Part shown: one piece after another, positions 45,538-60,146 of the stretch
Layout of the letters: the number at the start of each line of letters is the position of its first letter
Numbering within the stretch: position 1 is the first letter of the stretch
Origin: Eledone cirrhosa
Lineage: Eukaryota
Direction of reading: 5' to 3'
Assembly: GCA_964016885.1 (NCBI GenBank)
Contig: OZ024746.1
Span: 10,788,001 to 10,852,000, forward strand
DNA: 64,000 bases
Notes under the pieces: model-generated
What the model was told of the DNA's origin: nothing
Seen by the model: the letters and a program-made list of their open reading frames with translations, nothing else
Databases searched by the model: none
Position numbers and translations under genes: made by a program

Positions 45538-47796
45538 TGTTCTTCTGGTTTTATAATTTCACAAAGTTTTACCAATAGAGAGAGAGTCGGTTTCTAATAT
45601 AGACACGAGACTCTCTCATTGGAATTTACACAACATCAACTAGGTAGGTATGTATGTATGCATGCATGTGTAGATATGGATGTTATTGTATGTGTGGATG
45701 TGTATGTTTTGAGTTGTATGTGTGCATGTGTATATCCTTTGCATCTGTATATGTGTATATGCAGTTATTAGATGCAAAATCTTTGGAATGTCTTACATAT
45801 TTTTACTGTTCCATTAATGGATTGTACTTGTAATTTCCTAACTAGTTGTGTTCTTTCTGTTCCTGTGAAGCCTAGCTTCTCAAGATTTGTATTGAGGCAG
45901 TTACTAACATATCCCAGTGCCCCAATAATCACAGGCATAAATCTGAAGGTGTAATCAGGGTGGAGTATCTGCAGATTTCTCATCAGTTCTGCATAAATGT
46001 TCTCCTTTTCACTAATCTTTGATATTATATTGGCACATGCTGGGCAGCTAATTTCCACTACTCTGCATGCTTTCTTCTCCCTGTCCCATATCATAATATC
46101 TGGTCTGTTATGCCTGCATTTTATTGGGGTTTTTACTGGAACATTCCACCAGTACTCTTTCATATTATGTACATGGATGTCTTCCACATTGCTGTAGCTT
46201 TTAATGTGTTTATTATCGCTGCTATCTTTTTTACGAACTGCATTGTACAGTGTTTTGGCCACTACATCATGCCTCATAGGTAGATAGTACCGCGATGACA
46301 TCTTTGGACAGCTGCTGATGACATGGGTGATATCCTCGATATTAGTTCTGCAGAGTCTGCACTTGTTATCACATCTAGGTGTTTTGCCTGCATCCCTATC
46401 TCTTTTGTGAATCAGGTATTTCGTGCTAATCTCCTGTTCCTGGATTGCAAAAGCGTATCCTTCAAAGTGGGAGCCAATATAGCGGTTGTTGGTTCAAGAT
46501 AGACTACTTTCCTTATCTATATTACTCTCACTCTGGAGCTTCCTGGCAACATATCCATGTATGATTTTTTGCTGATAGGCATGCAGTTTTTCATCCATGG
46601 ATTCACTGCGATACTGCTGAGCGACATCTCTGGGTGTGAATTTTTGATTATCACACAGGGAATATCTCTCAACTCTCATGATCTTATCTGTTTCATGCAG
46701 ATAGACTTGCTCGAGAAACAGGCTCCTACGCTTCGAGGTTCGTAGATGTTGTCGGAGAGATATGATGCGACATTCAAATGTTGTATGGAGTGATGTTAGG
46801 CCTCTGCCTCCCTGCTTACGTTTCAAGTAAAGGCTGTCTATGTCACTGTTGATGTGGAAGTTTCCGGTGTTGTTCAGTATTTTTCGAGTTCCAACATCAA
46901 CTGCTCGGATTTCGTCTATCGTCCAATTGAGTATTCCAAACGTTGGTGTTAGGACAGGCACAGCAAATACATTGTGAGCCACTGTTTTGTTTTGCGCAGA
47001 GAGTTCCGATGACCAGATCTTTCTTAATCGGGTGTAGTATACCTTGGTTACGCGTTCTTTATTACAGATACCATTATAGGATATGATCTCATCTATCCCC
47101 AGGTATCTGTAGCAGTCCTCACCAGATATCGGTGAAACAGTTAGGCCATTGATGACAATGTTGCTAGATTGGGTTGTTGTTTTTCCCCGCTTTACAGTCA
47201 TGTATAAGCATTTATCTTGGCCAAACTCCATTCCTATATCCTTTGAGAACGTTGTAACCAGGTCAAGATTTTTCTTCATCCCATCCATGTTCTTGGAATA
47301 GAGTTTCAGATCGTCCACAAAGAAATTATGGGTTAGGTTCGTATTTCTGTCCTCCTGTGAGCCAATGATGTATCCCTCACATTTCTTGAGCAGAAATGAC
47401 AAGGGGTTTAATGACAAGGTGAATAATATCACAGAGAGACTGTCCCCCTGAAATATACTCCTGCAATATTTTATTTTATCAGTGAAAATAGAGTCATCCC
47501 TCTCTGTCTTTAACCTTAGGATAGTAGCCCAAGAAGAAGACAGCCTCTCTATGGCTCTGACAATAATGTCTGGGACTAGGTGTTTTGCCTGCATCCCTAT
47601 CTCTTTTGTGAATCAGGTATTTCGTGCTAATCTCCTGTTCTTGGATTGCAAAAGCGTATCCTTCAAAGTGGGAGCCAATATAGCGGTTGTTGGTCCAAGA
47701 TAGACTACTTTCCTTATCTATATTACTCTCACTCTGGAGCTTCCTGGCAACATATCCATGCATGATTTTTTGCTGATAGGCATGCAGTTTTTCATC
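45538..47796 (-). mobile_element. 5'-truncated R4-like RLE LINE (family B) inserted in (CATA)n
   Basis: IFQGDSLS, FVDDLKLY, YRYLG, CRLC...H..SSC, RHD, RPDIMIWD, EISCP, PVIIGALG. GTATGTATGT at the 3' junction and a long (TATG)n at the 5' junction. Confidence 0.92.
45768..47575 (-). pseudogene. RT + CCHC + RLE ORF with a single in-frame TGA at 46494-46496
   Basis: ORFs 46494..47594 and 45768..46301 are in the same frame. The duplicated segment retains TGG at the equivalent codon. Confidence 0.88.
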
Positions 47797-47828
<32 letters not shown>

Positions 47829-47898
47829 TGTATGTATGTATGTATGTATGTATGTATGTATGTATGTATGTATGTATGTATGTATGTATGTATGTATG

Positions 47899-47929
<31 letters not shown>

Positions 47930-47957
47930 GCATGTATATATGTATGTATGTATGTAT

Positions 47958-48077
47958 GTCGTCGACGACCCCACCAAGTTTACTTGGTGATAAGGGTGAT
48001 TTTGGACACCCTCAGGACAAAAAACAAAACCCGACAAAGGGCAGAAGAACTCATAAGAGACAACGGCCATCCAAAAA
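47958..48077 (+). mobile_element. 5' piece of the bipartite RTE-derived family
   Basis: Similar to 6410-6521 (ACCCCACCAAG..CTTGGTGA..GGCCATCCAAAA). Confidence 0.7.
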
Positions 48078-48139
48078 TGTGTACATATGTATACACACAT
48101 GTACATATGTATACACACATGTACATATGTATGTATATG

Positions 48140-48950
48140 TTGGTCTCAAAAAACAATATTGGGTTGGCTGTTTTAATTTGGTTATAGCTTTTGCTTTTGT
48201 TTTTAGGTTCTATCAATATTCTTTTGAACCATCAGTGTCAACTCTATTTGTTTTTATTTTCATCGTTTTCAGTATATTGAAGATTATTCTGGTTAGCACG
48301 TCATGTCTCGTGAGTAACGAGAAGACACTCATTCACAGTTGCCAGAGTATAATATCTTCGGTCATTGTTTTGAACAGCCTCTATTTATTATTGTCTTTTG
48401 TGAAGTGGGTCCTGTGGGGATTTCTTGCTCCAGGATTGCATAAAGGGATTCTTCAAAGTAAAATGCTATGAATTTGTAACTTCATACATGCTTTTGGTGT
48501 GATTTATCTCTTTATGAACTGCGTTTATTGTTTAGATGTAGTTAATATTTCAGGTTTTTAAATTTTTTATCTCTAAACTGATTCTCTAATTTCTGTTTTA
48601 AAAGTTTCTGGTGATTTGTAAAACTGTTGTCTGCGTAACATTTCATAACTGCATAAAACCTAAGAAATATTTCTTTGCAGCAGAAAGAAAATATAATTTT
48701 TTAGGTTATGTGTTTGCATCTTGTTTGCGTAGCTTCAGCTCCTTGCGATAAGCTAGAGATTTATAGTTTTGTATGTTATTTCCATGATCTTATCTCCTTT
48801 ATTACTTCCAGTTCTAGTTTGGAAGCTTCTTTTTCTTATTGGTTTCGTATGGCCCATCTTTCAAGTCAGTTGTTTGAACCTACTGAAATATATATTCCCA
48901 GATCACTTGTAGGGTGTTATTAAGATTTTGATATTTCTCTGTTTGTATAG
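48140..48950 (-). mobile_element. Older, heavily decayed R4-like copy
   Basis: FEESLYAILEQEIPT resembles FEGYAFAIQEQEIST, and LTRHDVLTRIIFN resembles MRHDVVAKTLYN, of the neighbouring element. The extent is approximate. Confidence 0.55.
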
Positions 48951-49874
48951 TGAAGCTTTACGTTTCAGATAAATTGTTACTGGACGTGCCAGAAGTTATT
49001 TGTTGCTTGTGGTTAACTCCAATGTTTTTGTTGCCTGTCAGTCTATCATTGTTGGCTTTGATGTTGTTATTGTAGCCTGTGTCACAGAACCGGTTACTGG
49101 TTGTAGGAGAACTGTTGCATGCTGCTAGCTTCAATGGTTCTCTGCTCTACCTGTCTATCACTGTATACATTGATGTTATAGTAGTGTGCACCACTGTTTG
49201 TTGTTTTGTTTACGGAAAGACATTTAGTCTGTGCTGAATCAGTTGATTCAGTTAGTTGAATTTAAGTTTACTAACACGTTTTGCCTTTTTGTTTAAGTGT
49301 TTCGGGCTAAGTTCTAATACTACATTTGAAGTACTACAGACGTTTCAGGGTTTGCGTGAAACTGAATTTTACAGACTTAGCTTGTATATATGCTTCATAG
49401 AAATCTACGTTAAACTGCTAAACATCCTGGATGAGAATCAGAGTATATTATGATTATAATCACGTTTGATTCAACAGAATCCTATACTTTTAGCCGTTAT
49501 GATTTATGTCTATTCACTGTTAACTGTATTTAAGTGTTAAATATTGGATATTCTTTAATATTTTTGACAAATGTTTTTAATGAAAATTCTTTTCCTTTTT
49601 TCCAGATCGTTATAATTCTCCAAATGTAGCTAAATCTACATACTTAGTTACTTTTTATTTTGAAGCGTTACTTGACTTATTTCTATAGATATGTAATGTT
49701 ACAATAGCTTGTCTGTATATACGAAAGGGTGCTTTGAGCGTATCGTAAAAGGGTAGAGCTGATATCTTTACAGGTGAGGCAAGACTGCTGAAATAAGTGT
49801 GTGAATCTGAGAGGGGAATATGTTGAATAAAATCATAATTAACCGATGTATTTTCTTTTATCCCAAGCCTGTAA

Positions 49875-49941
<67 letters not shown>

Positions 49942-49945
<4 letters not shown>

Positions 49946-50379
49946 GTTATATAGTAAGGTGCATTATTGGATGTGTAAAATGGTCCAATAAATTTATGTT
50001 ACCAATATTAAGTTCTCCACGTTTTTGTATATCTCCAATTCCATTCAAGGGAATATCTAAATGATGTAAAACAGAGTATAAGTATCAAAATGAAAATCCG
50101 AAGGCAAGGTAAAATTCCAATCATTTAATCACGACACATGTTTCAATAAGAGATAGATCGATTGTGAAGCCATGATCGATTATCCCTGATCTCATCAGGT
50201 GAAAATGAATTGTCTTCAAATTATGAGGGAACGAATTCTGTGAGAGAACATCGTTATTTTTCTCCTTTATATCAAGAATTTGAAGACAATTCATTTTCAC
50301 ATGATGAGATCAGTGATAATCGATCATGGCTTCACAATCGATCTATCTCTTATTGAAACATGTGTCGTGATTAAATGAT
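49942..50379. mobile_element. Fold-back PLE terminus, 103-bp inverted repeat
   Basis: 50120-50222 / 50277-50379, (TA)n on both sides. Confidence 0.8.
50129..50202 (-). ncRNA. Type I HHR with long stem II and palindromic loop III
   Basis: TCAC-CTGATGA-G..AGGGATA-ATCGAT..ATCGAT-C-TATCTCT..T-GAAA-CATGTG-TC^GTGA (GUC triplet). Confidence 0.7.
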
Positions 50380-50548
50380 ATATATATATATATACATACA
50401 GGTACACATACATATATGTACGTATCAGTTTAGCGGACGTTTATTATAACGCCCGCTTTGTCCATTTGTAAACAAACGGACGGCCTGAATTTATGCCGTA
50501 CGGTGTTAAGGCAACCACGTCACCTTTTTGTTCAACACCGACACAGGA

Positions 50549-50591
50549 ACGATGTACTAGTTTCAAGCTTCTTAGCTATCATCAGCACCGT
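50549..50591 (-). ncRNA. Minimal type I HHR (copy 1)
   Basis: Reverse complement of 51289-51331. Confidence 0.78.
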
Positions 50592-50798
50592 ATACCCTTC
50601 TGCCAGATGGTTGAACGTTCGAAAGTATATACTTTCCTTATGAAAATTAACGGCTGAGCAGCCTAATTTGCATATCGAGTGAGTTCAGTCGGCCAGGCGC
50701 ACCGAAAACGATAAGTTGTAATAGAACGAAAACGAAATTTCATTTCTCACTCTTAGTACGGCACTTACTGATACGTACATATATGTATGTGTACCTGA

Positions 50799-50857
<59 letters not shown>

Positions 50858-50984
50858 TGCTATTGTACGTCTGTATACATATATGTATGTACGTATACAT
50901 ACATACTTACATTTAATACGGACAAAGCGGGCGTTATAATAAACGTCCGCTAAACTGATACGCACATATATGTATGTGTACCTG

Positions 50985-51052
<68 letters not shown>

Positions 51053-51288
51053 TGCTACTGTACGTCTGTATACATATATGTATGTACGTATACATACATA
51101 CTTACATTTAAGTAAGTGCCGTACTAAGAGTGAGAAATGAAATTTCGTTTTCATTCTATTACAACTTATCGTTTTCGGTGCGCCTGGCCGACTGAACTCA
51201 CTCGATATGCAAATTAGGCTGCTCAGCCGTTAATTTTCATAAGGAAAGTATATACTTTCGAACGTTCAACCATCTGGCAGAAGGTTAT

Positions 51289-51331
51289 ACGGTGCTGATG
51301 ATAGCTAAGAAGCTTGAAACTAGTACATCGT
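51289..51331 (+). ncRNA. Minimal type I HHR (copy 2)
   Basis: ACGGTG-CTGATGA-T-AGCT-AAGA-AGCT-T-GAAA-CTAG-TA^CATCGT. Palindromic CTAG, GUA triplet. Confidence 0.78.
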
Positions 51332-51623
51332 TCCTGTGTCAGTGTTGAACAAAAAGGTGACGTGGTTGCCTTAACACCGTACGGCATAAATTCAGGCCGT
51401 CCGTTTGTTTACAAACGGACAAAGCGGGCGTTATAATAAACGTCCGCTAAACTGATACGTACATATATGTATTTGTACCTGTATGTATATATATATATAT
51501 ATATATATGCATGCTACTGTACGTCTGTATACATATATGTATGTACGTATACATACATACTTACATTTAAGTAAGTGCCGTACTAAGAGTGAGAAATAAA
51601 ATTTCGTTTTCATTCTATTACAA

Positions 51624-51725
<102 letters not shown>

Positions 51726-52124
51726 ACACTCGTATATGTATGTTACAACGCCATGTTTGTTTACATAACTATTTTACAATTTATGCAATGTTTAAATACT
51801 TATGTAGAAATATTTGAAAGTAATCTTATCGTACCCTGTGGCTCAATCTTTCCACAATTTGGCATGCTTCCTCCATGAAACAGTAATTACATATATAGGA
51901 ACTCACCACTTTAGAGGACTCACCACTTTAGAGGACTTACCACTACGGTTTTCATGATGAAGATGTAACGCCTGAAACGTTTAGACTCTTTCCCTACTAA
52001 ATCAAGCTACTAGAAACGGTCGTAAAATAATGAGTTTTACTATGAATTAACAGTTTTGTGTTTAATTTCATTGTTTTAATATTCCTATATATATATATAT
52101 GTATATATATGTATATATATATAT

Positions 52125-52620
52125 ATGATGGCTGCCCCCTCGTTATCGAGTATGGCCATTGCACAATATAACATTATTAATAATTATTAAATTAATTGTT
52201 TCTATTTTTGGCACAAGGCCAGCAATTATCCCAGCACATTACTGGTACTTTATTTTATCGACCCCGTAAGGATAAGAAGCAAAGTTAACCTCGGCGGGAT
52301 TTGAACTCAGATCATAAAGGGGCGTAACTCTATGCTGCAAAGCATGGCGTCCGACCTTCTACCGATACTGCCAATCCACTGCAATGTCTGTGCGTGAAGA
52401 CTATTTATAAAGTGAGGAAAGACTGTGCACTGAGCCAATCCCACTATCTGAGCGACAGTAGCTATAACCCGAAAAGAAGAAAAGATCAACATCATCGGTA
52501 ACTACTGAGCCGCAGGTTTTATATCGGAGGTATCCCAGTTTCCTGAGTTGCCTTTTCCTAGAAGAATGCCCTAACAAAGGCTAGGGGTCCTTCACTCCCA
52601 GTGGTTTAACCACGCGATCG
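52125..52620 (-). mobile_element. Diverged bipartite RTE-derived element with a nested SINE
   Basis: 3' end GGCCATACTCGATAACGAGGGGGCAGCCATCAT resembles 6905-6937. 5' part CCCCTAGCCTTTGTTAGGGCA..CTAGGAAAAGG resembles 6538-6576. Confidence 0.55.
52192..52383 (-). mobile_element. tRNA-derived SINE
   Basis: Matches the consensus. Confidence 0.9.
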
Positions 52621-52704
52621 AGTATCCAGCTCGACTATTTTTATGTCCCCGCGCATATACATACACATACACATGCATATACATATACATACATATGTAT
52701 GTAT

Positions 52705-52738
<34 letters not shown>

Positions 52739-53375
52739 TTGTACATATCTTCGTGGTAGTGTTAGTTTTTTCCTGTGCTGTTTACCCATAAGCGCGAAAG
52801 TTCCTTTGTCTCCAAAGAAAATCAACATTTCCCATGAATCTTTATTAAATTCAAATCCTTACAAGAATCCTCCATAAACCAAAAATGTCGAGTTTAGTGA
52901 CTCTTTCGACAGAAACAGGTGGAAAAAAGATGCCGAAAGATTGCAGCTTTTAATAGATTGAGAGTGTCAGAGAGAAGAAACACAAGTATTTGAGAAGGCA
53001 TGCCCTGAGTCACTAAACATTGTAAAACATTAAGAAATATATTAATATATGATCGTCAAGTTAAATTTTTCTCTATCGTTTTATCCTTTAACTTTTACTC
53101 TATTATCATCCATCCCTTTCTGTCAGTTTCGCTTTATTTCACTTTCCACCCTACAATGTTTATCTACTCTATGAATCCATATATAAACGTAATGTGTTTG
53201 TGCCTTTTGTGTTGAGTGTATATGTATGTGTCTAAGTCTGAAGAAATGGGCATTTGCATTTCTATGAATTCGTATATACGCATGTATGTCTTACTCTCTC
53301 TCCCTCTCTCATCATATATATATATATATGCCGATCCATAATCAGTCGCATGCTCTTGAACAAATTTCCATGTAG

Positions 53376-53455
<80 letters not shown>

Positions 53456-53616
53456 ACAACAACGCGTAAATGGATATTTACACATGACAAATCACGATTC
53501 TTTAAACAACGTGAATTGGTTTTGGAGAGAAGATTTGCTGAGATGGCTAGGTGGACAACGTAAGAAAGCAATGATTATCATGTATATATATATATATATA
53601 TATATCTGTTCTTATA

Positions 53617-53659
<43 letters not shown>

Positions 53660-53748
53660 TGTGCGTGTGTGTGTATCTGTTCTTATAATATATATATATA
53701 TATATATATTTATTTATTATAAAACAGATACACACACACACGCGCGCG

Positions 53749-53795
<47 letters not shown>

Positions 53796-53830
53796 GTATA
53801 AACACACACACACACACGCGCACACACACT

Positions 53831-53872
<42 letters not shown>

Positions 53873-54255
53873 GAGGCGGAGGGAGAGAAAGAGAGGGAGT
53901 GATGGTGTGTGAGTATGTGTGAGGATGACAGCGAAAGAAAAAAGAAACCAAATAAAGGGAAAATATGTGAGAGGAATGAGGAAGAAAGGTGCAACTAGAA
54001 ATGGTAACCAAGGAAGGAAAGAAGAAAGGAAGAACTAACGAAATGGTGGATGAAAGGAAATATATGTGATAGTGTTATTGAAAAGTTGATATTACATATC
54101 AGCTATGACAGGAAGCTGAGATGGTGGTGAGCTATTCCGCCATACTTCCTGTAGGCATGATGGCGTCTTTAAGAATTTGATGAGTATTCGATTGAATGTG
54201 AGAGAAGAACTGATGATTAGAGAGCAGGGAAGAGGTAAAAGAATATTGGGCCCGG

Positions 54256-54942
54256 GTGTGTGTAAAAGTGTGTAAAGTGTGTAAAAGTGTGTAAAAGTGT
54301 GTAAAGTGTGTAAAGTGTGTAAAAGTGTGTAAAGTGTGTAAAAGTGTGTAAAGTGTGTAAAAGTGTGTAAAGTGTATAAAAGTGTGTAAAGTGTGTAAAG
54401 TGTGTAAAAGTGTGTAAAGTGTGTAAAGTGTGTAAAAGTGTGTAAAGTGTGTAAAAGTGTGTAAAAGTGTGTAAAGTGTGTAAAGTGTGTAAAAGTGTGT
54501 AAAGTGTGTAAAAGTGTGTAAAGTGTGTAAAAGTGTGTAAAGTGTGTAAAAGTGTGTAAAAGTGTGTAAAGTGTGTAAAAGTGTGTAAAAGTGTGTAAAA
54601 GTGTGTAAAGTGTGTAAAAGCGTGTAAAAGTGTGTAAAGTGTGTAAAAGTGTGTAAAGTGTGTAAAGTGTGTAAAAGTGTGTAAAAGTGTGTAAAGTGTG
54701 TAAAAGTGTGTAAAAGTGTGTAAAGTGTGTAAAAGTGTGTAAAAGTGTGTAAAAGCGTGTAAAAGTGTGTAAAGTGTGTAAAAGCGTGTAAAAGTGTGTA
54801 AAGTGTGTAAAAGTGTGTAAAAGTGTGTAAAAGTGTGTAAAAGTGTGTAAAGTGTGTAAAGTGTGTAAAAGTGTGTAAAAGTGTGTAAAGTGTGTAAAAG
54901 TGTGTAAAAGTGTGTAAAGTGTGTAAAGTGTGTAAAGTGTGT
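54256..54942. repeat. 9/10-bp minisatellite GTGTGTAAA(A), ~70 copies
   Basis: Visible directly. It is the source of the 450-aa and 274-aa spurious ORFs. Confidence 0.95.
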
Positions 54943-56236
<1,294 letters not shown>

Positions 56237-56602
56237 TGGAAGTAGTAGAAAGTAAGAGAAAGTAGAGCTTATAGAAGTTTACTGTTGTGAAGCAGGCTTA
56301 GGTCACGTCCAACTCACACCATGTTATAGTGAGCTTAAATTTAACGCCTGATTGGTGAAATTGAATATATTACAATTTATCTGTGGTCTTCAAAGAATCG
56401 TTTCATTGAAATTCACTTATTTAATATTGCAGATTGCTTAATGATTTTTCACATATCAGACGACTGGTATCGAAGAGTTGAGAGGACATCTGCACATATC
56501 AAATATATAACGACAAATGTTCAAGGGAGCCTCTACGGAATATCTGAACATGATAGAAACAGCAGACAAAGCTTATGTACATTTTTATATAACCCCCGCT
56601 CC

Positions 56603-56669
<67 letters not shown>

Positions 56670-57142
56670 GTGCATATATATGTATATACAGTTCGGATCT
56701 AGCTATCGAAAGGGCTGGAACTCAGCCGTCTGGGTCATGACTCTTTCCGTATATATATATAAATGAAAATAGAGAAATTAATGTGAGCAAGAAGCCAACA
56801 GTAATTCAGACATATAAGTGACTATTACGTCAACATGGAAAATATTTAACGTAAGATATGGAAAAATAATTCAATCTCAATTCTAAAAAATTTTATCCAC
56901 AGATTTTGTGTAATCCAGGGAAAAAACCAATAGAGTCTTAATTCAGAATAAAATTAAGGGTAAATACTTATCCTTCAATTTGGAAAAAATCTACAAATGC
57001 TCTATATAGTCTTAAGACTATTTTACGAAAATTTTCAGTGGGGTTAGTTACGGCTGGAGTCGTTCATCAGTAGAGCTGAACACGATAACTAAGACCCACA
57101 GCTAAAATATGCCAAAAGGGAATTTAAAAGCAGGCTAGTTAC

Positions 57143-57173
<31 letters not shown>

Positions 57174-57369
57174 CTTCTTCTTCTTCTTCTTCTTCTTCTT
57201 CTTCTTCTTCTTCTTCTTCTTCCTCCTCCTCCTCCTCCTCCTCCTCCTCCTCGGTGGTTCTCTCATTAGTACGTTGATAAGTGCCGTGAAACCAGTGCTT
57301 CGCTGAAAAGATGTAATAAGGCCGAAACATATCCAGAAATATTGCATGCTCTTGCCGAAATGCTTCAAA

Positions 57370-57433
<64 letters not shown>

Positions 57434-58336
57434 GTGTGTATGAGTGTGTGCGTGTTTGTGCGTGTGTGTGTGTATGAGTGTGTTTGTAAACATGTAAATA
57501 ATCAAAGCATGTGTATTTTTGTGCACATGACAACATACATTCAGATTTTGTTTGAATTGCTACAGGAAGGGTTCACCCGATAAACAGTTTCCATCAAACA
57601 AATTTCATTCATAGATATTTTGTTAAAGAAGGTGTCGTTCGGTGGCTTCGGATTTCAAAGTACATTGTTGTAAACCATATTTTTGTGTTTGTATTTATGT
57701 ATCCTTCTAAGTGTATGTTTACAAAATAAAAATAACTTTTTTTACTCCATAGCATCATACGATAGTCAGCCATTCAACCAGTCTCTTATCATAACAGTTC
57801 TCTGTCTGCTATTTTAATTAAAACTCCATCTGTCAAAATGATACTTCGGTGACTATTATAAGCGTCTTCCGAATAAATCTACATATTTCTGAATCCATTA
57901 TTGAACGAAGAGCTGCTTAGAGCTGAGTCTTTATAAAACAATATATTGCTAATTATGAACAAGTTCAATGTTCTAGACATCGCCTGCAGGCTCAGACATG
58001 GCCTGGTGGAAACTGTACAAGAAGTCATCAAATAGACTGTATCAATCCTTCCGTGATGGCCAATCAAACACCACCATTTGTTCCTATAATGCTTTTAGCG
58101 TTCAGTGTATTGCCGGCAGGATAATTTTGGTGTGCTACACCTTTCTAAAAATATTTTACACATAAACATATAAAATATTATGACATAGATTAATATTTTT
58201 TTCTCTTCCCGTGTATTCAGTTCTATTTTGGCTTCTTCGTGCTCTATGTTAAATATCAAATAGAAAAGTCAGTCGCCGAAGGAACAAGTCATTTAGTAAA
58301 TTTTGGTTGTTGTTAAGCCGCAGATCAACAGCAGGT

Positions 58337-58367
<31 letters not shown>

Positions 58368-58840
58368 TACTTACACACTCACCCACTTATTATCTAGTTA
58401 TAATAACCTAGCAACACGGAATCGAACCATCTACCTAAGGCTAACAAACTAAGTATAACTAACCACAATCCCCCGCTCCACCTACTGAGCTATCACGAGA
58501 TTTGCTGCTTACCACCGTTTTTAACCTCGAATACATGATTTAGAAAAGTATGAATTAAATTGGATTTCATTAGTTTATTTCAACCTTGATTAAGAATATA
58601 TTTGTTAATTGACATTGTAGCCATCATGCCTAACATGTATAGTTCTTTTACACAGAGATTATAGAAATTCATTATTCAGTACTGTTTTCTCTTTTAAGGG
58701 TATAGGTGATTTATAAGATATTTCTAGGAGAGTATTGGTCGTTGACTTATGAAGTTGTTAAAGCATTGGGAAAAGTTTGTTAAAGCATTGGGAAAAGAGT
58801 CTTATGATAGTATTTCTGCCGCTATCTTTGTTCTTGGTTA

Positions 58841-58888
<48 letters not shown>

Positions 58889-59607
58889 GACTACGACTAC
58901 TACTACTATTGTTGTTACTTCTGATGATGATAATTATGAAGATATAATTGGAGTGGCTGTAATGTTCCTGGTACATCTTCTATTAATTAAAGAGAAGAAA
59001 TGAATCTACGGTTGACTAGAACCTACAGAATCCAATGAGCAATGTCAAATCCTAACAAATGCTACAGCACAAAGATGAACACTCATTGAATATTAACTAA
59101 AGCATGCACGATACTGTCACAAATTTAATAACGTGCTTCTCTACTACTTGCCCATGTGATATATGATATTCATTGTTACCAACTGTTGGTCATATGTAGA
59201 TACGAGCTGAGTTGACATCTGCAGCTACAACAGAAAAGGTTTCGATCACTGCGCCTCATTCTTCTTCGTAGCGTTGCTTTTCATTGCTGGTACTTTTCTC
59301 AGATCTGCGAAGACCAAGCATTTTAAGAGGCGGCCTTTACTCACCTCGTCATAACTACTTCACTGGGCTGTGAGAGTTTTATTGGGAGATAACAGTGTCA
59401 CCCATTGCTTTATCTTCCTAGTAGTTTACCACTGTTGTTCTGTGGCTGCTTATCCGTCTGATAGGAGCCCACTTTTATAGCAATGAACCATCATATCTCG
59501 ATACGACATACAAAATTATTCCAAAATTTACTAAATGACTTGTTTCTTCGGCGACTGGCTTTTCTGTTTGATATTTAACATAGAGCACGAAGAAGCCGAA
59601 ATAGAAC

Positions 59608-59679
<72 letters not shown>

Positions 59680-59682
<3 letters not shown>

Positions 59683-59758
59683 CGTGAAATAAAGTGCGTT
59701 GCTCAAGGACACAACACCCCACCTGCATGAGTGGAACACCCTGACCACGAAGATAGTA

Positions 59759-59805
<47 letters not shown>

Positions 59806-59911
59806 CGTGAAATAAAGTGCCTTGCTCAAGGACACAACACGCCACCTGCTCAAATAATCGAACTTATAGCCTTACGGCAATGAGTCGTTCAGCCTGACCG
59901 CGAAGGTAGTA

Positions 59912-59914
<3 letters not shown>
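59680..59914 (-). mobile_element. Two (TA)n-separated copies of the head of a second SINE family
   Basis: GTGTTGTGTCCTTGAGCAA(G/C)GCACTTTATTTCACGTT occurs twice. B-box-like GTTCGATT in the longer copy. Confidence 0.6.
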
Positions 59915-59960
<46 letters not shown>

Positions 59961-60052
59961 CGAAGGAAATGTGGTAAGGAACCAGGTGGACCATAACGCA
60001 CCAAAGTACTCAATACTTGGGGGTAGTAGAGTGGGTAATAGGAACCGGTAAG

Positions 60053-60146
60053 ACCCCGACGGCTGAGATCAAGCCGTTTCGACGGCTAATTCTGGACTAA
60101 ATGAAAATTTATCCTGGTATTTAAATAGCCGATCTTCTCAAGGGGT
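60053..60146 (-). ncRNA. Large type I HHR, U3:A8 core
   Basis: ACCCC-TTGAGAA-GA(T)CGGCTA...TAGCCGTC-GAAA-CGGCT-TGATCTC-AGCCG-TC^GGGGT. Confidence 0.72.

Noticed and set aside
51945-51990. ATGATGA..GAAACGTT HHR-like motif
   Set aside because: C3 is missing and the stems are weak.
57015-57078. CTGATGA...GAAA on the minus strand
   Set aside because: Stems I and II could not be formed convincingly; at best a decayed HHR.
59338-59460. GAG|GTGAGT donor site on the minus strand in a less AT-rich stretch
   Set aside because: No convincing open exon or partner exons.
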